This document shows, piece by piece, positions 34,044-46,600 of a stretch of DNA of 64,000 nucleotides. The notes under the pieces are model-generated. The model was not told where the DNA came from. It made no database searches and saw only the letters and a program-made list of their open reading frames with translations. Made by a program: the position numbers and the translations under genes. The DNA is from Podarcis filfolensis (Eukaryota), in assembly GCA_964270895.1 (NCBI GenBank), contig OZ185447.1; one strand, written 5' to 3'. Position 1 is the stretch's first letter; the number at the start of each line of letters is the position of its first letter.

Positions 34044-37008
34044 TAGAATCATAGAATCATAGAGTTGGAAGAGACCACAAGGGCCATCGAGTCCAACCCC
34101 CTGCCAAGCCGGAAACACCATCAGAGCACTCCTGACATATGGTTGTCAAGCCTCTGCTTAAAGACCACCAAAGAAGGAGACTCCACCACACTCCTTAGCA
34201 GCAAATTCCACTGTCGAACAGCTCTTACTGTCAGGAAGTTCTTCCTAATGTTTAGGTGGAATCTTCTTTCTTGTAGTTTGGATCCATTGCTCCGTGTCCG
34301 CTTCTCTGGAGCAGCAGAAAACAACCTTTCTCCCTCCTCTATGTGACATCCTTTTATATATTTGAACATGGCTATCATATCACCCCTTAACCTCCTCTTC
34401 TCCAGGCTAAACATGCCCAGCTCCCTTAGCCGTTCCTCATAAGGCATCGTTTCCAGGCCTTTGACCATTTTGGTTGCCCTCCTCTGGACACGTTCCAGTT
34501 TGTCAGTGTCCTCCTTGAACTGTGGTGCCCAGAACTGGACACAGTACTCCAGGTGAGGTCTGACCAGAGCAGAATACAGTGGCACTATTCCCTTGATCTA
34601 GATGCTATACTCCTATTGAGGCAGCCCAGAATTGCATTGGCTTTTTTAGCTGCCGCATCACACTGTTGGCTCATGTCAAGTTTGTGGTCAATCAAGACTC
34701 CTAGATCCTTTTCACATGTACTGCTCTCAAGCCAGGTGTCACCCATCTTGTATTTGTGCCTCTCATTTTTTTTGCCCAAGTGCAATACTTTACATTTCTC
34801 CCTGTTAAAATTCATCTTGTTTGTTTTTGCCCAGTTCTCTAATCTGTCAAGGTCGTTTTGAAGTGTGATCCTGTCCTCTGGGGTGTTAGCCACCCCTCCC
34901 AGTTTGGTGTCATCTGCAAATTTGATCAGGATGCCCTTGAGTCCATCATCCAAGTCGTTGATAAAGATGTTGAATAAGACCGAGCCCAAGACAGAACCCT
35001 GTGGCACCCCACTAGTCACTCTTCTCCAGGATGAAGAGGAACCATTGATGAGCACCCTTTGGGTTCGGTCAGTCAGCCAGTTACAAATCCACTGAGTGGT
35101 AGCATAGTCAAGACCACATTTTACCAGCTTCTTTACAAGAATATCATGGGGCACCTTGTCAAATGCCTTGCTGAAATCAAGGTAGGCTACATCCACTGCG
35201 TTCCCTTCATCTACCAGGCTTGTAATTCTGTCAAAAAACGAGATCAGGTTAGTCTGACATGACTTCTTTCAGAAATCCATGCTGACTATTGGTGATCACA
35301 GCATTCCTTTCTAGGTGCTCACAGACTGTTTGCTTAATGATCTGCTCCAGAATCTTCCCTGGTATTGATGTCAGACTGACTGGGCGGTAATTATTTGGGT
35401 CCTCTCTTTTCCCCTTTTTGAAAATAGGGACAACATTTGCCCTCCTCCAGTCTGCTGGGACTTCGCCTGTTCTCCAGGAATTCTCAAAGATGACTGCCAG
35501 TGGTTCTGAGATCACATCTGCCAGTTCTTTTAATACTCTTGGATGCAGTTCATCTGGTCCTGGAGACTTGAATACATCTAAACTAGCCAAGTATTCTTGT
35601 ACTGTCTCCTTAGTTATTCTGGGCTGTGTTTCCTCTGCTGAATCATTTGCTCCAAATTCTTCAGGTCGGGCATTGTTTTCTTTATCGGAGAAGATTGAGG
35701 CAAAGAAGGCATTGAGGAGTTCAGCCCTTTCTGTGTCCCCTGTTTGCATCTCACCATCTTCTCCTCTGAGTGACCCCACTGTTTCTTTGTTCTTCCTTTT
35801 GCTACGAACATACCCATAAAAGCCTTTTTTGTTGCTTTTAACCTCTCTAGCAAGCCTGAGTTCATTCTGTGCTTTAGCTTTTCTGACTTTGTGTCTACAT
35901 GTGCTGGCTATTTGTTTGAATTCCTCTTTGGTGGTTTCCCCCCTTTTCCATTTTTTGTACACATCCTTTTTTAATCTTAACTCAGTTAAAAGTTCTTTAG
36001 ATAGCCACCCTGGCTTCTTTAGGCACCTTCCATGCTTCCGTCTCATTGGTATTGCCTGAAGTTGTGCTTTTACTATCTCCCTCTTAACAAACTCCCAGCC
36101 ATCATGAACTCCCTTTCCTTTTAGTATTACTGTCCATGGGATCTCACCCAGCACTTCCCTAAGTTTTATGAAGTCGGCTTTCTTAAAGTCAAGAAATTGA
36201 GTCCTAGTATGCTTGGCTGCTCCTTTCCGCTGTATAGTAAACTTCAGAAGAGCATGATCACTCGCGCCTAATGATCCTTCCACTTCTACCCCACTAACCA
36301 GGTCCTCAACACTGGTTAGGATCAGATCTAAAATGGCTGTTCCTCTTGTTGCTTCTCCCACTTTCTGGACAATGAAGTTGTCTGCAAGGCCAGTGAGGAA
36401 TCTGTTTGACCTTATGCTCTTGGCTGAGTTTGACATCCAACAAATTGGATAATTGAAGTCCCCCATTACTACTATCTCCCTTCCTTTTGCATGCTTGGCC
36501 ATCTGTTCCAGGAAGGCATCATCTATGTCCTCTGTTTGGCTTGGGGATCTATAGTAAACTCCCACAATGAGGTCACTGTTATTCTTCTCTCCCTTAATTT
36601 TGACCCAAATGCTCTCACTTTGGCTTTGAGGTTCTAAATCTTGGATCTCTTCACAGGTGTACACATCCCTGACATATAACGCCACTCCTCCTCCTTTCTT
36701 GTCTGGTCTGTTTCTCTGAAATAGATTGTATCCCTCCATTATTACATTCCAATCGTGGGACTTATCCCACCAGGTTTCAGTGGTGCCTATTATGTCATAT
36801 TTAGTTTGCTGTACCAAGAGCTCAAGCTCATCTTGTTTATTTCCCATGCTTTGCGCATTAGTGTACAGACATTGAAGTCCATTAATCATTCCCCCGTGTC
36901 TCTTATTTAAGGATTTTTTCCTCCCACCACTAGGTCTGCGTGCTGTTTGCTCCATTTGGTCTATGACATTTGGATGATCATCTTCATCAATTGATAGACT
37001 CCTACCTT
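34044..37008 (-). mobile_element. CR1 LINE, 5'-truncated just upstream of ORF2
   Basis: (TAGAATCA)n 3' tail, complete ORF2 region, possible short CATTA TSD (34041-34045 / 37009-37013). Confidence 0.97.
34121..36955 (-). pseudogene. CR1 ORF2 (APE endonuclease + reverse transcriptase) broken by two frameshifts
   Basis: EN motifs LYTNAQS, ETWW, GDFN, LDLILT and SDH; RT motifs AYLDFSKAFD, GVPQGSVLG and FADD. Split into three ORFs by frameshifts near 35266 and 34587. Confidence 0.95.
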
Positions 37009-37346
37009 CATTAATTATGTCTCAATTTGTTTCTGTACCTATAGATTAGCATCTGCAAATTTTATGTAAATATGCCTTTCTGTCCATTTTTAATGATACA
37101 GTTTCCACTCTTTGTGGCTGGGTGAGTGGGTGGGTGGTTTGCTAGTAACTATCCTAGTAGAAGTGGGTGGAGATTGACATTATGTGACATTTTTGCCACA
37201 ATCTTTGGTGATGTTCTAAAGTTCATCACAACTGGGGCTGAGACTGTAACTGAGCTACCACTGCATAGAACAAGTTTTTATTTTAGGGGCAGACATTCTG
37301 TTAGCAATAATGTTACTTTTGTGGCAAATTTGTTGGCTCTCCAAAG

Positions 37347-37633
37347 CAGGGGTCGGCAAGGTTTACCTCGCATGGTCCAGTTCACTCCAGCAGAGATACT
37401 TTTGTGTGCCGGATTGCACGTGCGTGTGAATGCGCGCACCCGCGATTTCCGGCGTCTGTGCAGACATGATGATCAGCGCTGTGGAAGCGAGTCCCCGCTC
37501 CATGCTGTGCCAGTTTAGCGCAGTGGGCGGGGACTCGCCGGGCAGGCGACTCGGTTCAGGGGCGGCTTATGGGCTGGTTAAACAACCCCCGTGGGCCGCT
37601 TGTGGTCCATGGGCCTTAGGTTGCCTAACCCTG
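37347..37633. mobile_element. CpG-rich hAT non-autonomous element
   Basis: TIRs CAGGGGTCGGCAA / TTGCCTAACCCTG; 8-bp TSD CTCCAAAG (37339-37346) / CCCCAAAG (37634-37641). Confidence 0.88.
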
Positions 37634-37713
37634 CCCCAAAGCCTTTGAGATAAAATTATGTCTTATTTGGTGATTCCTTATCCTGCAGTCTCCAGCCCTT
37701 TCACTTAGTAGTA

Positions 37714-37971
37714 CATTGGTACCTTGGGTTAAGTACTTAATTTGTTCCGGAGGTCTGTTCTTAACCTGAAACTGTTCTTAACCTGAAGCACCACTTTAGC
37801 TAATAGGGCCTCCTGCTGCCACCGTGCCACCGGAGCACGATTTCTGTTCTCATCCTGAAGCAAAGTTCTTAATCTGAGGTAATATTTCTGGGTTAGCGGA
37901 GTCTATAACCTGAAGCATATGTAACCTGAAGCGTATGTAACCTGAAGCGTATGTAACCCGAGGTACCACTG
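37714..37971 (+). mobile_element. Tc1/mariner (pogo/Tigger-like) MITE
   Basis: TA-flanked, homologous to 10865; carries three 16-bp tandem units. Confidence 0.93.
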
Positions 37972-40562
37972 TAAAGTACATATCCAATTCCACAGCAGGA
38001 ATAGGAAATGGAATGTCACAGGGATAGGCTAGAAAAAGGGATTCTTTAAAAAAGAAGCTTTTTATTTTTTCTTTCCTCCAAAGAGCTCAGGGCAGCATGC
38101 ATGGTATTTCCGTCCTCATTTTATTCTTACAATCGTGTGTTGAAGTCAGTCCAAGAGATTGGCCCAATAAACTTATGGCTGGGCAGAGATTTGAACAGAG
38201 GCCACTCTGGTCCCTACTCTTCCATTACTAGTAAGGAGTTGTAGGATAGAGCAGAACTAGAACTAATACCGGACTAAATTAGTGCTGATTAATCCCAAGA
38301 GACATGTATTGACCCATCTTTAATGGGAAACAAAGAACAGCTTTTAGAATGTTCATTCCCATGCCAGGCCACTTCATCAGTTATCTATGCCTCATTGTAG
38401 TCTTCACAGATCACTTCAACTGTAGAAAGTTAAATGTGTAAAGACAATATAATGTGGTTACTTTTAGTAAAAAAATGGATACTCTCAATAATTCTGTCTA
38501 ACAAACAAAGCAAGAACAATCTGTTTCTTAGATTGTTTTTTTGTTTCTTTAGGCAAAATTATCCCTTTTCCAAAGAGCAGTTTCTTCCTCCTGCCAGAAC
38601 TAATGTGCAAATGAAGGGGAAAAGCAATAGGCTTTTGGAGCAGAACATTGCAATATCATCTGGAATGGCTCAAGTCATACGCTGCCATAAGCATTATGGG
38701 AAGCATGGCTGTGACTCTGCTCCAACTAAAGTCTAGATTGGCATTCTAGTATTTATTTAGTGGGTTTCTATCCTGCTTTTTTTAACTGAGTTCTCAAAGT
38801 GGCTTACAATGTAACAAAATGCAGGTAATACATTAAAAGCTCCACACCTTTGGGGGTGGGGAGAACAAGTCTGGCTGATATCTTCACCCCCTTTCTATCC
38901 ATATGTTGATTTTTAAGTTGTTTGTAATAAAATGGACAACGCTCCTAATCAAAGAAGACCCAGGGAACCAGAAGCAATGCACTTTAAATCAGTGTGTCAA
39001 GTTGATAGCTTAAATGAACAATTATTGCCTTATTCTGCCATTTAAAAAAATGCAATTCTGGAAAATAGATGTAGGTTAGGGGTAAGGCAGTTCACATGAT
39101 GTTTGCAGAAGCCTCACAAGCTATATATCAAACTAAGAATTAGATCTTTTTAATGTTCAAGAAAGAAAACTCAGAATCTCAAGAAGTCATTTCATGCTAG
39201 AATGCCAATTCACACAAAGTGTAATGAGCATCTCTAATTCTTCCAACTGCCTGTAATAAAATTACAGCATGCAAGTGCATGTGTAGTTTGGTTTTTTAAA
39301 AATTAATTGGGAGCACTAAATTAGTTCAGTGCTGATTATTTCTCAGTGCTATTGAGTACCAGCATTTTGCATCCACTTTTGGCCTGTCATATGCACAGAA
39401 TTGTCCCATGAAAATTATAGCCTACCATATTATGTTTATTATAATGCCACATGAGCTAGGAATAACGGTTAACTATGAGAAGGTGCTCAGATCCGGCTAA
39501 AGTTGGTTATGATTGACTAAGGCTGCAGATTGTTCTCAAAGGCTTCGTACACAGAGCTACAATTCCCAGTGTGTTTAACCTATAGTTCCCAAGATTCTTC
39601 GGAGGAAGTCATGTGCTTTAAATATATAGTACATGGTGAACATGTGAAATAGGCCCAGTCTGAAAACAACTGTTTTCTGGAGGCATTGCACTTGAAAGTT
39701 GAGATGGACAAATCTGACAGTTTCTGATCTGTCAGGTTTTGTGGGGGTTTTTGCATGTTTTTACCCATAATTTCATGCTACTTCTGCATTAATCCTCTCA
39801 AAATGCATATTTATGTTTATGTGTGTTCTCAAAGTATATATTTAAATATATATTCTGAGATAATTTTTAAATTGCTGAGGTGCATTGCAATGTTTGGAGA
39901 AGTGTAAAATCCAATAGATTGCTGAATTCTGATCCGCACAGTAGTCTGAGATACTATATTTCATATAATAATTTATGAAAACTGAATTCTTCTAGCATTC
40001 ATGTCTCAGAGGGGGAGCATGTCCTCACTTCATTGTAACAAAAATGTTTTGTGAGCATCTAATTCTTGCTGACTGGTCGTCATGACTGGTTGCTTGCATT
40101 ATGTAGGCTTCCCCCCCTCGCTAAGTGTTTTTGTGTTTTGTTCTATAAATTTCCAGTAATACAACTGTCTTGAGTGATTAATTATAATAAAGGGTGATCT
40201 GGAAGATTGACAGATGATCAGCTAGACAATTAAGTTATTCATTTGTATGTGCAGAGCACACAGTGGTGGGAGGCAGTAGTTGATGTATAGGAGCATATTT
40301 CAGAGCTGTATGCATTCCCACACATATAACTGCTATCTTGTAATTCAGATTTGGCCTTAAAGTACAACAATCAGTGTGCTTCCCTTGTTCGTGCATAAAA
40401 TAACCACACACTCCAGTCTGCTCTATTTGAAGCCTAATTTCAGTGAGGGGAGAGGATCCAGTGGTACCAGGAAAGGCCCATACGGGCATAACTGCACTCA
40501 CAGGTCCTAGAATGGAAATTGCACTCTGTGAGTATAACTTTCACTATCTGAGGGCCAAACTA

Positions 40563-41248
40563 TTTGTTGTTATTGTTTAGTCGTTTAGTTGTGTCCGACT
40601 CTTCGTGACCGCATGGACCAGAGCACGGCAGGCACTCCTGTCTTCTGCTGCCTCCCGCAGCTTGGTCAAACTCATGTTCGTAGCTTCGAGAACACTGTCC
40701 AACTATCTCGTCCTCTGCCGTCCCCTTCTCCTTGTGCCCTCAATCTTTCCCAACATCAGGGTCTTTTCCAGGGAGTCTTCTCTTCTCATGAGATAGCCAA
40801 AGTATTGGAGCCTCAGCTTCAGGATCTGTCCTTCCAGTGAGCACTCAGGGATGATTTCCTTAAGAATGGATAGGTTTGATCTTCTTGCAGTCCATGGGAC
40901 TCTCAAGAGTCTCCTCCAGCACCAGAATTCAAAAGCATCAATTCTTCGGCGATCAGCCTTCTTTATGGTCCAGCTATCACTTCCATACATCACTACTGGG
41001 AAAACCATAGCTTTAACTATACGGACCTTTGTTGGCAAGGTGAGGTCTCTGCTTTTTAAGATGCTGTCTAGGTTTGTCATCGCTTTTCTCCAAAGAAGCG
41101 GGCGTCTTTTAATTTCGTGACTGCTGTCACCATCTGCAGTGATCATGGAGCCCAAGAAAGTAAAATCTCTCACTGCCTCCATTTCTTTCCCTTCTGTTTG
41201 CCAGGAGGAGATGGGACCAGTGGCCATGATCTTAGTTTTTTTTATGCT
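40563..41248 (-). mobile_element. RTE/BovB LINE 3' fragment
   Basis: Minus ORF 40703-41227 (FTFLGS...KAMVFPVVMYG...WCWRRLLRVPWTARRSN...GKIEG.RRRGRQR) is typical of the BovB C-terminus; (CAA)n tail; possible AAACTA TSD. Confidence 0.95.
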
Positions 41249-42210
41249 AAACTACATGTGATGCTAAATGTGTAGAAATGTATTAAGTACTAGGTGCTGT
41301 GCCTTTGCTTGCCAACTCTACCTTACCCCCAATCCTCCTCAAAGCCATTTACCCTTCTCCATACTTCTTGCCAAACCTACCACCTTCCTTTGCCCCTTGC
41401 AAAGATAACCCAGCAAGTCCAAGCTTACTGTGACAGCCACCTGATTTTCTCCACACTCATACCCTTGCATTTCTAACCTCTGCTGTGGTGATTTCCCTAA
41501 CACCAGCATCCAGGAATATAGCTAGGACTGGCTAGAGGCAGCAGGCAGCAGGAGAACATGACAGTGGAATGTCTTTGGGAGCAGGTGTGTGTATGTGTGT
41601 GGAAAGGAGATTGTTGCTGTGGCCCCAGTGCCTGCTATTTGCACTAGAAAAACCTATACGGTGAATAGGGTCTCTCTTACACCATGAAATAGCAGGTGTG
41701 GGACTGAAATTGGCCCCTTGCATCTGCAATCTTGCTTTAAAAATCCATTCAAGTAATTGCTGATTTCATGCTTTTGTCTCAACTACTTTGGCTCTTGTAC
41801 TGAGTGATAGTGCTTTATCACTGAAAACTAGGATAACAGTTATCCCTGAAATTAGTGTACTGAAGCTGTGGTTAGGTAGGTGAGGGTTGGCCAACTGAAC
41901 TTGAACCCAAGTTTTGGAGGGGTAGGTTTATCTATGACTGATGGGATTGTAACTTTCCCACTGGAAGAGGGTTGTAGTCTGGGAGCTATTTTTGATCCAG
42001 GTTGCTGCAGTGGCCAAGGAAGAAAGAGGGAGCCTGGCCCCCCGGGTGAAGGAGGAGGCAGCGGCAACATCAAGCAGCCCTTTTCCACAAGGTGTGGATG
42101 AGGTGACTTGCACCCCACACCTTGTGGGAGCAGTGCTGAGGCTGCCTGGTGCTGGGAGTGGAGGGAGAGTACTGTTGTGCTCATTTCCTGCTTGTGGGCT
42201 TCCCATAGGT

Positions 42211-42477
42211 CAGGCACGTCCAACAGGTAGATCGTGATCTACCAGTAGATCACTCTGGACGTCTGTGGTAGATCACTGGCTCCCCCCAAAGAAGCTCAAC
42301 AACTTTGGCTCCCTTAAAAAAGCTCAACATTTTAGCCCTACACCCCCCCTAAAATGGTGCTCTCCTCTTCCCTAAAAAGCTCAACAACTTTGACCTGAAC
42401 CCCCCAAAGCGGGTAGATCACTGCCAGTTTTTAACTCTGTGAGTAGATCGCAGCCTCTTGGAAGTTGGCCACCCCTG
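42211..42477. mobile_element. hAT non-autonomous element
   Basis: 8-bp TSD CCATAGGT (42203-42210) / CCATAGGC (42478-42485); CAGG...CCTG ends; five GTAGATC sub-terminal repeats and three AAGCTCAACA repeats. Confidence 0.88.
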
Positions 42478-42627
42478 CCATAGGCCATCTGGTTGGCCAG
42501 TGTGAAAAAGGATGTAGAACTACATGGTCCTTCGGTCTGATCTAGCAGGGTTCTTCATATATTCAAACTGCTGTTCTGTAATTTCATAAATCTCTGGTCT
42601 GTATTAGGCAGCATTTTTTTACTTCTC

Positions 42628-42810
42628 TTGAAGAATCAGATACTCAGTTTGGGTGTGTTCCTGGCTCATTACTCAAATTTTCAAATGGTAGTAGTGGCCT
42701 GGAGCACTTTCCAGCAGCTTTGGCTTGTGTACATTGATAAAATGGATCTGCCCACAGTCATTCATCTGCTTGTTACATTCAGATTTGATTATCGTAATGT
42801 GGTTATGTTT
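42628..42810 (+). mobile_element. L2 LINE ORF2 C-terminal fragment
   Basis: LKNQILSLGVFL...DLPTVIHLLVTFRFDYRN resembles L2 VRSLGVLLD...LATVVHALVTSRLDYCN. Confidence 0.75.
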
Positions 42811-42869
42811 CCTGCCACTAAGTGAACATCTTTACTCTTCATGGCTTCCTCTACTGAAACAGCACTTTA

Positions 42870-43990
42870 TCCTCTGTAACTCTGTATTTTCAATTTTACT
42901 TAATAATGACAATTTGTTTTACATATATAACATCCTTAGTCACTTTGATTGACTCTCCCCGCCCCCCCCCCCAGTTTCCAAATTTCCCCTTTTTATTTTC
43001 ATTGCATCTAATTATTTATCCACTTAATTTTTACTTTAAATTTCTCATCATGCTTCTCACTTTAGTTCATAAATGCTACAACAATCCTGCTAATGTCTCA
43101 ACGTTCTTGCAATGTTCTTTGAAATAAACTATAAAGTTTTTCCAATCTTGACTAAATTTTCCTTCATCTTGGTGCCTGATCTTCATGGTTAATTTTGCCC
43201 TTTCGGCATAGTACATCATCTTTATCCTCCATCCTTCTTTCGTTGGTAGACACTCATCGTTCCACTTCTGGGCAAGCAGCATTCTGGCAGCTGTGGTCGC
43301 ATACATGAACAGTCGCTTTTGCTTCTTTGATACTTCCTCTCCTAAAATTCCTCTGGTTTTCTAACAAAAAACCTCTGGTTTTCTAACAAAAGTTTACAAA
43401 TTTTTTTTCATTTCATTGTATATCATTTCCCAGAAGCTTTTTACCTTTTTACATGTCCACCATGTACCTTCTTATTCTTTAAATTTCCAACAGATATTAA
43501 ATGAATTTTTGTACATCTTAGTAAGCTTTACCAGAGTTAAATACCATCTATACATCATTTTCATATAGTTTTCTTTTAGTGAACTAAATTCCGTAAATTT
43601 CTTTCCACAGCTTTCCCCATGATTCAAGTGGTATGTTATATCCTATATCATGTGCCCAGTGTATTATTACTGCCTTTACCTCTTTGTCTTTCATCTCCCA
43701 TTCCAACAGGAGCTTGTACATTTTTTATAACAATTTCTAATTATTATCCAGTAATTCCTTTTTGAACTTTGAGAATTCCTTCCCAAAGCCCATCTCTTTA
43801 TCACTTCTAAATATGTGAATTGGTTAGAAATATTGTAACCAATGTGTTAACATAGATTTTATATCATTATATTCCTTCATCTTTAATTTATAATCTGATT
43901 CTGTTAACAGCTAATTTATATGTTGGCCAATTGCCTTTCATATATTCTCTGTAACTTTCATGTCTCCTGTGCACTTTCTTACTTACCCAG
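42870..43990 (-). mobile_element. L1/Tx1-clade LINE ORF2 C-terminal fragment
   Basis: Minus translation includes YKLLLEWE...KMMYRWYLT...CWK...WWTCKKVKSFW (decayed zinc knuckle) and AARMLLAQKW; a small tandem duplication lies near 43347-43390. Confidence 0.8.
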
Positions 43991-45735
43991 CTAACTAACA
44001 TACAGTGAGAAAGCATGGTGTTGCAGTCAAGGCATTAGACCAAGGTTAAATGGAACAATTAATTTAAAGAGAATTTATTTTATTCTCAGATTTTAAAATG
44101 AAAACTTAAAACCTTTTTCAAATTTCAGCCTTCAAATTTAACCACTTCCCCTCTTGCATAGCTGTGAAATGCATGGTTGTTTTTAATTTGTTTGCTTCTC
44201 CTATCATTAGTGTCCAATGCCATTCCATTTAAGAACGGCAAGAAGAGTGCCAACATGATCATATGATATATATCATTACAGTGGTTTATTTTAAGCAGGC
44301 AATTCCTACCCCTCACCCCCATCTAATTTGAATGTCTTGTGAAATTAAGTGCACATTTAGTTTTATTCTTCTGTATCAAACTGATACAAACTTTTGTAAT
44401 ATTTGTTGGAGGGAGTCCAGAAAGTATACCCTCTGACTTCCAAACATTTTTGTATCTGATTTAGGACATATTTTTAATTGCATAATAAACAACACTGCAG
44501 GAGACAGCATACAAAGTAGCAAAAAACTAGGGCTTGAGGATGCTGTTAATTAGAAGGTGTAATTCTGTATCTGTTGCTGGACTTTCACTTATGTTTGCAA
44601 ACAGTGGATTGATACTCTGCTTACACATCTGAAAAACTAATGCATAGAAAACATGTTGGGGGTAAGCTAGAACTTGTGTGAAACACAATGCCATGTCATG
44701 TAAAATTGGTGGTATTTTTATTTATTGTGAAGACATGCACGCTTCATTCCCAAAGCTACCAGGGAAGCTTAGAGTTAGAATTTTCTGTTTCTGCAAAATA
44801 ATATGTTGTTGCTGATCACTTAAGTCATAATTATTAGCTACTTTAAAAATATGATGTTTTTCTTCTTCCCACTACCTGAGGTTTCAAATTGCAAAATTGC
44901 TTGCTATCATAGTCATAAGCTAAATAATGTCTCACTTTGGATTTACTTGAAATAGGGAATCCCCTATCACCTCTAGCATAGCTTATAGAATCTATGCTGT
45001 AGATGGATAACTGGTAGATCTTGGGCCTCGTTGAGTCATCTTGGGATTGGGAGAATGTGGTACTGCTTCTTAGCTCCCATGTGTTATGAATAAGACTGAC
45101 CCAAAGGCTTCTGTAGCATCACAGCTGTTGATGGAATTATCTCTCATTTCTGAATGAGCCAGCTGCGTTCTTCACCATGGGAGGATGAATACTATGTAGA
45201 AAAAACTACTGGGGGTAGTGGTGGGGAAATGCTAAGACCTTATGGCTGGAGGAGCTTCTGCTCTAGAACACTAAAGAAAGCCTGATCCCACCATCTACTA
45301 AACTAAAGAACCTGGCCTTTGATACTCTTTGGGGTGGGTGTGTGGGTGGGTGTACAGCCTATTATGTCAGGTGGGAGGCAGGTGAGTATGGTTTGGGGGA
45401 AACTACTTCATGGGCTAAATGGGGAGAGCTGGTGGGCCAAATTTGGTCCACAGACCAGAAGTTTCCTTAAGGGTGCCAGTAGCAACAAAGGGTGATAATG
45501 ATATTTGCAGAGATCTGGTTGTTTGGTATGGATTTAGGTAGTCACAGTTTTGGAGTAAGATGGATGATGAGCATGTATTGCAAAGGAGGCAGGAGCTACA
45601 GAAGAAGGCTTGCTTTTTAAACTTTACTGACATTCTGCAATAATCTACTCTTCCTTTTCAAATCACACCAAAACTTTATTGCTATGGTCAATAACCAGTA
45701 CTACTATTCATTTTCTAGATAACCTTTGTGACAAG

Positions 45736-45808
45736 ATGGCTGACCAGCACCAGGATTTCAATATGACAGATGACCATTTGGTGAGCCAAGCTAGATGGAA
45801 CCAGACAG
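45736..45808 (+). CDS. MAPT: Tau exon 1 (MADQHQDFNMTDDHLVSQARWNQT-G); exon starts 45719
   Basis: Acceptor CATTTTCTAG|, 17-nt leader then ATG in strong Kozak context (AAGATGG), similarity to tau MAEPRQEFEVMEDH, donor CAG|GTGAGC, phase 1. Confidence 0.93.
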
Positions 45809-46054
45809 GTGAGCCCGATCGGGTGGGAGACAGGAAGGAGCTTCTTCCACAGGATGGAATCCAGGATGTTGGTTCACAGTTTGGAGAAAGGCTGTATGTG
45901 GGGATGGAGCCTGGAAGTATAAATGGGTTAAGGAAAGGTTAGTCATGAATCCTAGTCAAAACTACTATTGTGCATGTTATTGCCACTTGCTGCCACCTTT
46001 ACTGCTTAAATGTCAGTTTCCTAACAAGGAACTTAAATAATTGCTGTTTAAGAT

Positions 46055-46600
46055 GGTTTTATTTATTTATTTATTAAATATCCATACCACCCTTCATCCA
46101 AGGATTACAGGTTTATAATACGAAAGCAAAAGAATACATAAAATAGTAACAACAAAAAACAAAAAAACAATAACCACCCCACAGTGTTTAAAACACCATA
46201 TAATGTTTAATTAGTAAAAGGCCTGAGAGAAGAGGAATGTTTTTGTCCGGCACCTAAAGGTATGTAACGAAGACGCCAGGTGAGCCTTCCTGGGGAGACC
46301 ATTCCACAAATGGGGAGTCACCGCAGGAAAGGCCCACTCTCATGTTGCCACCCTCAAGACCTCTTGTGGAGAAGGTACATGAAGAAGGGCCTCAGATGAT
46401 GATTGCAGGGTCTGGGTTGGTTCATATGAGGAGAGGCAGTCCTTGAAGTATTGTGGTCCAGAACCAAAGTGGTGCCACCCACCCCTAACTCAGACAGCTG
46501 CTCCAGAAGGATACCATGGTATTGAAATCCACTGAGAGGTTGAGGAAAATTAACAAGGACACATTTCCCCCATCTCTCTCCAACATAGATAATCACACAG
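46055..46600 (-). mobile_element. L2 LINE fragment with internal deletion
   Basis: (AAAT)n tail and L2-type 3' region joined to RT motif LLIFLNLSVDFNT (cf. LLDLSAAFDT) at about 46510-46560. Confidence 0.7.

Noticed and set aside
34553-36059. Plus-strand ORFs over the CR1
   Set aside because: Antisense shadows of CR1 ORF2.
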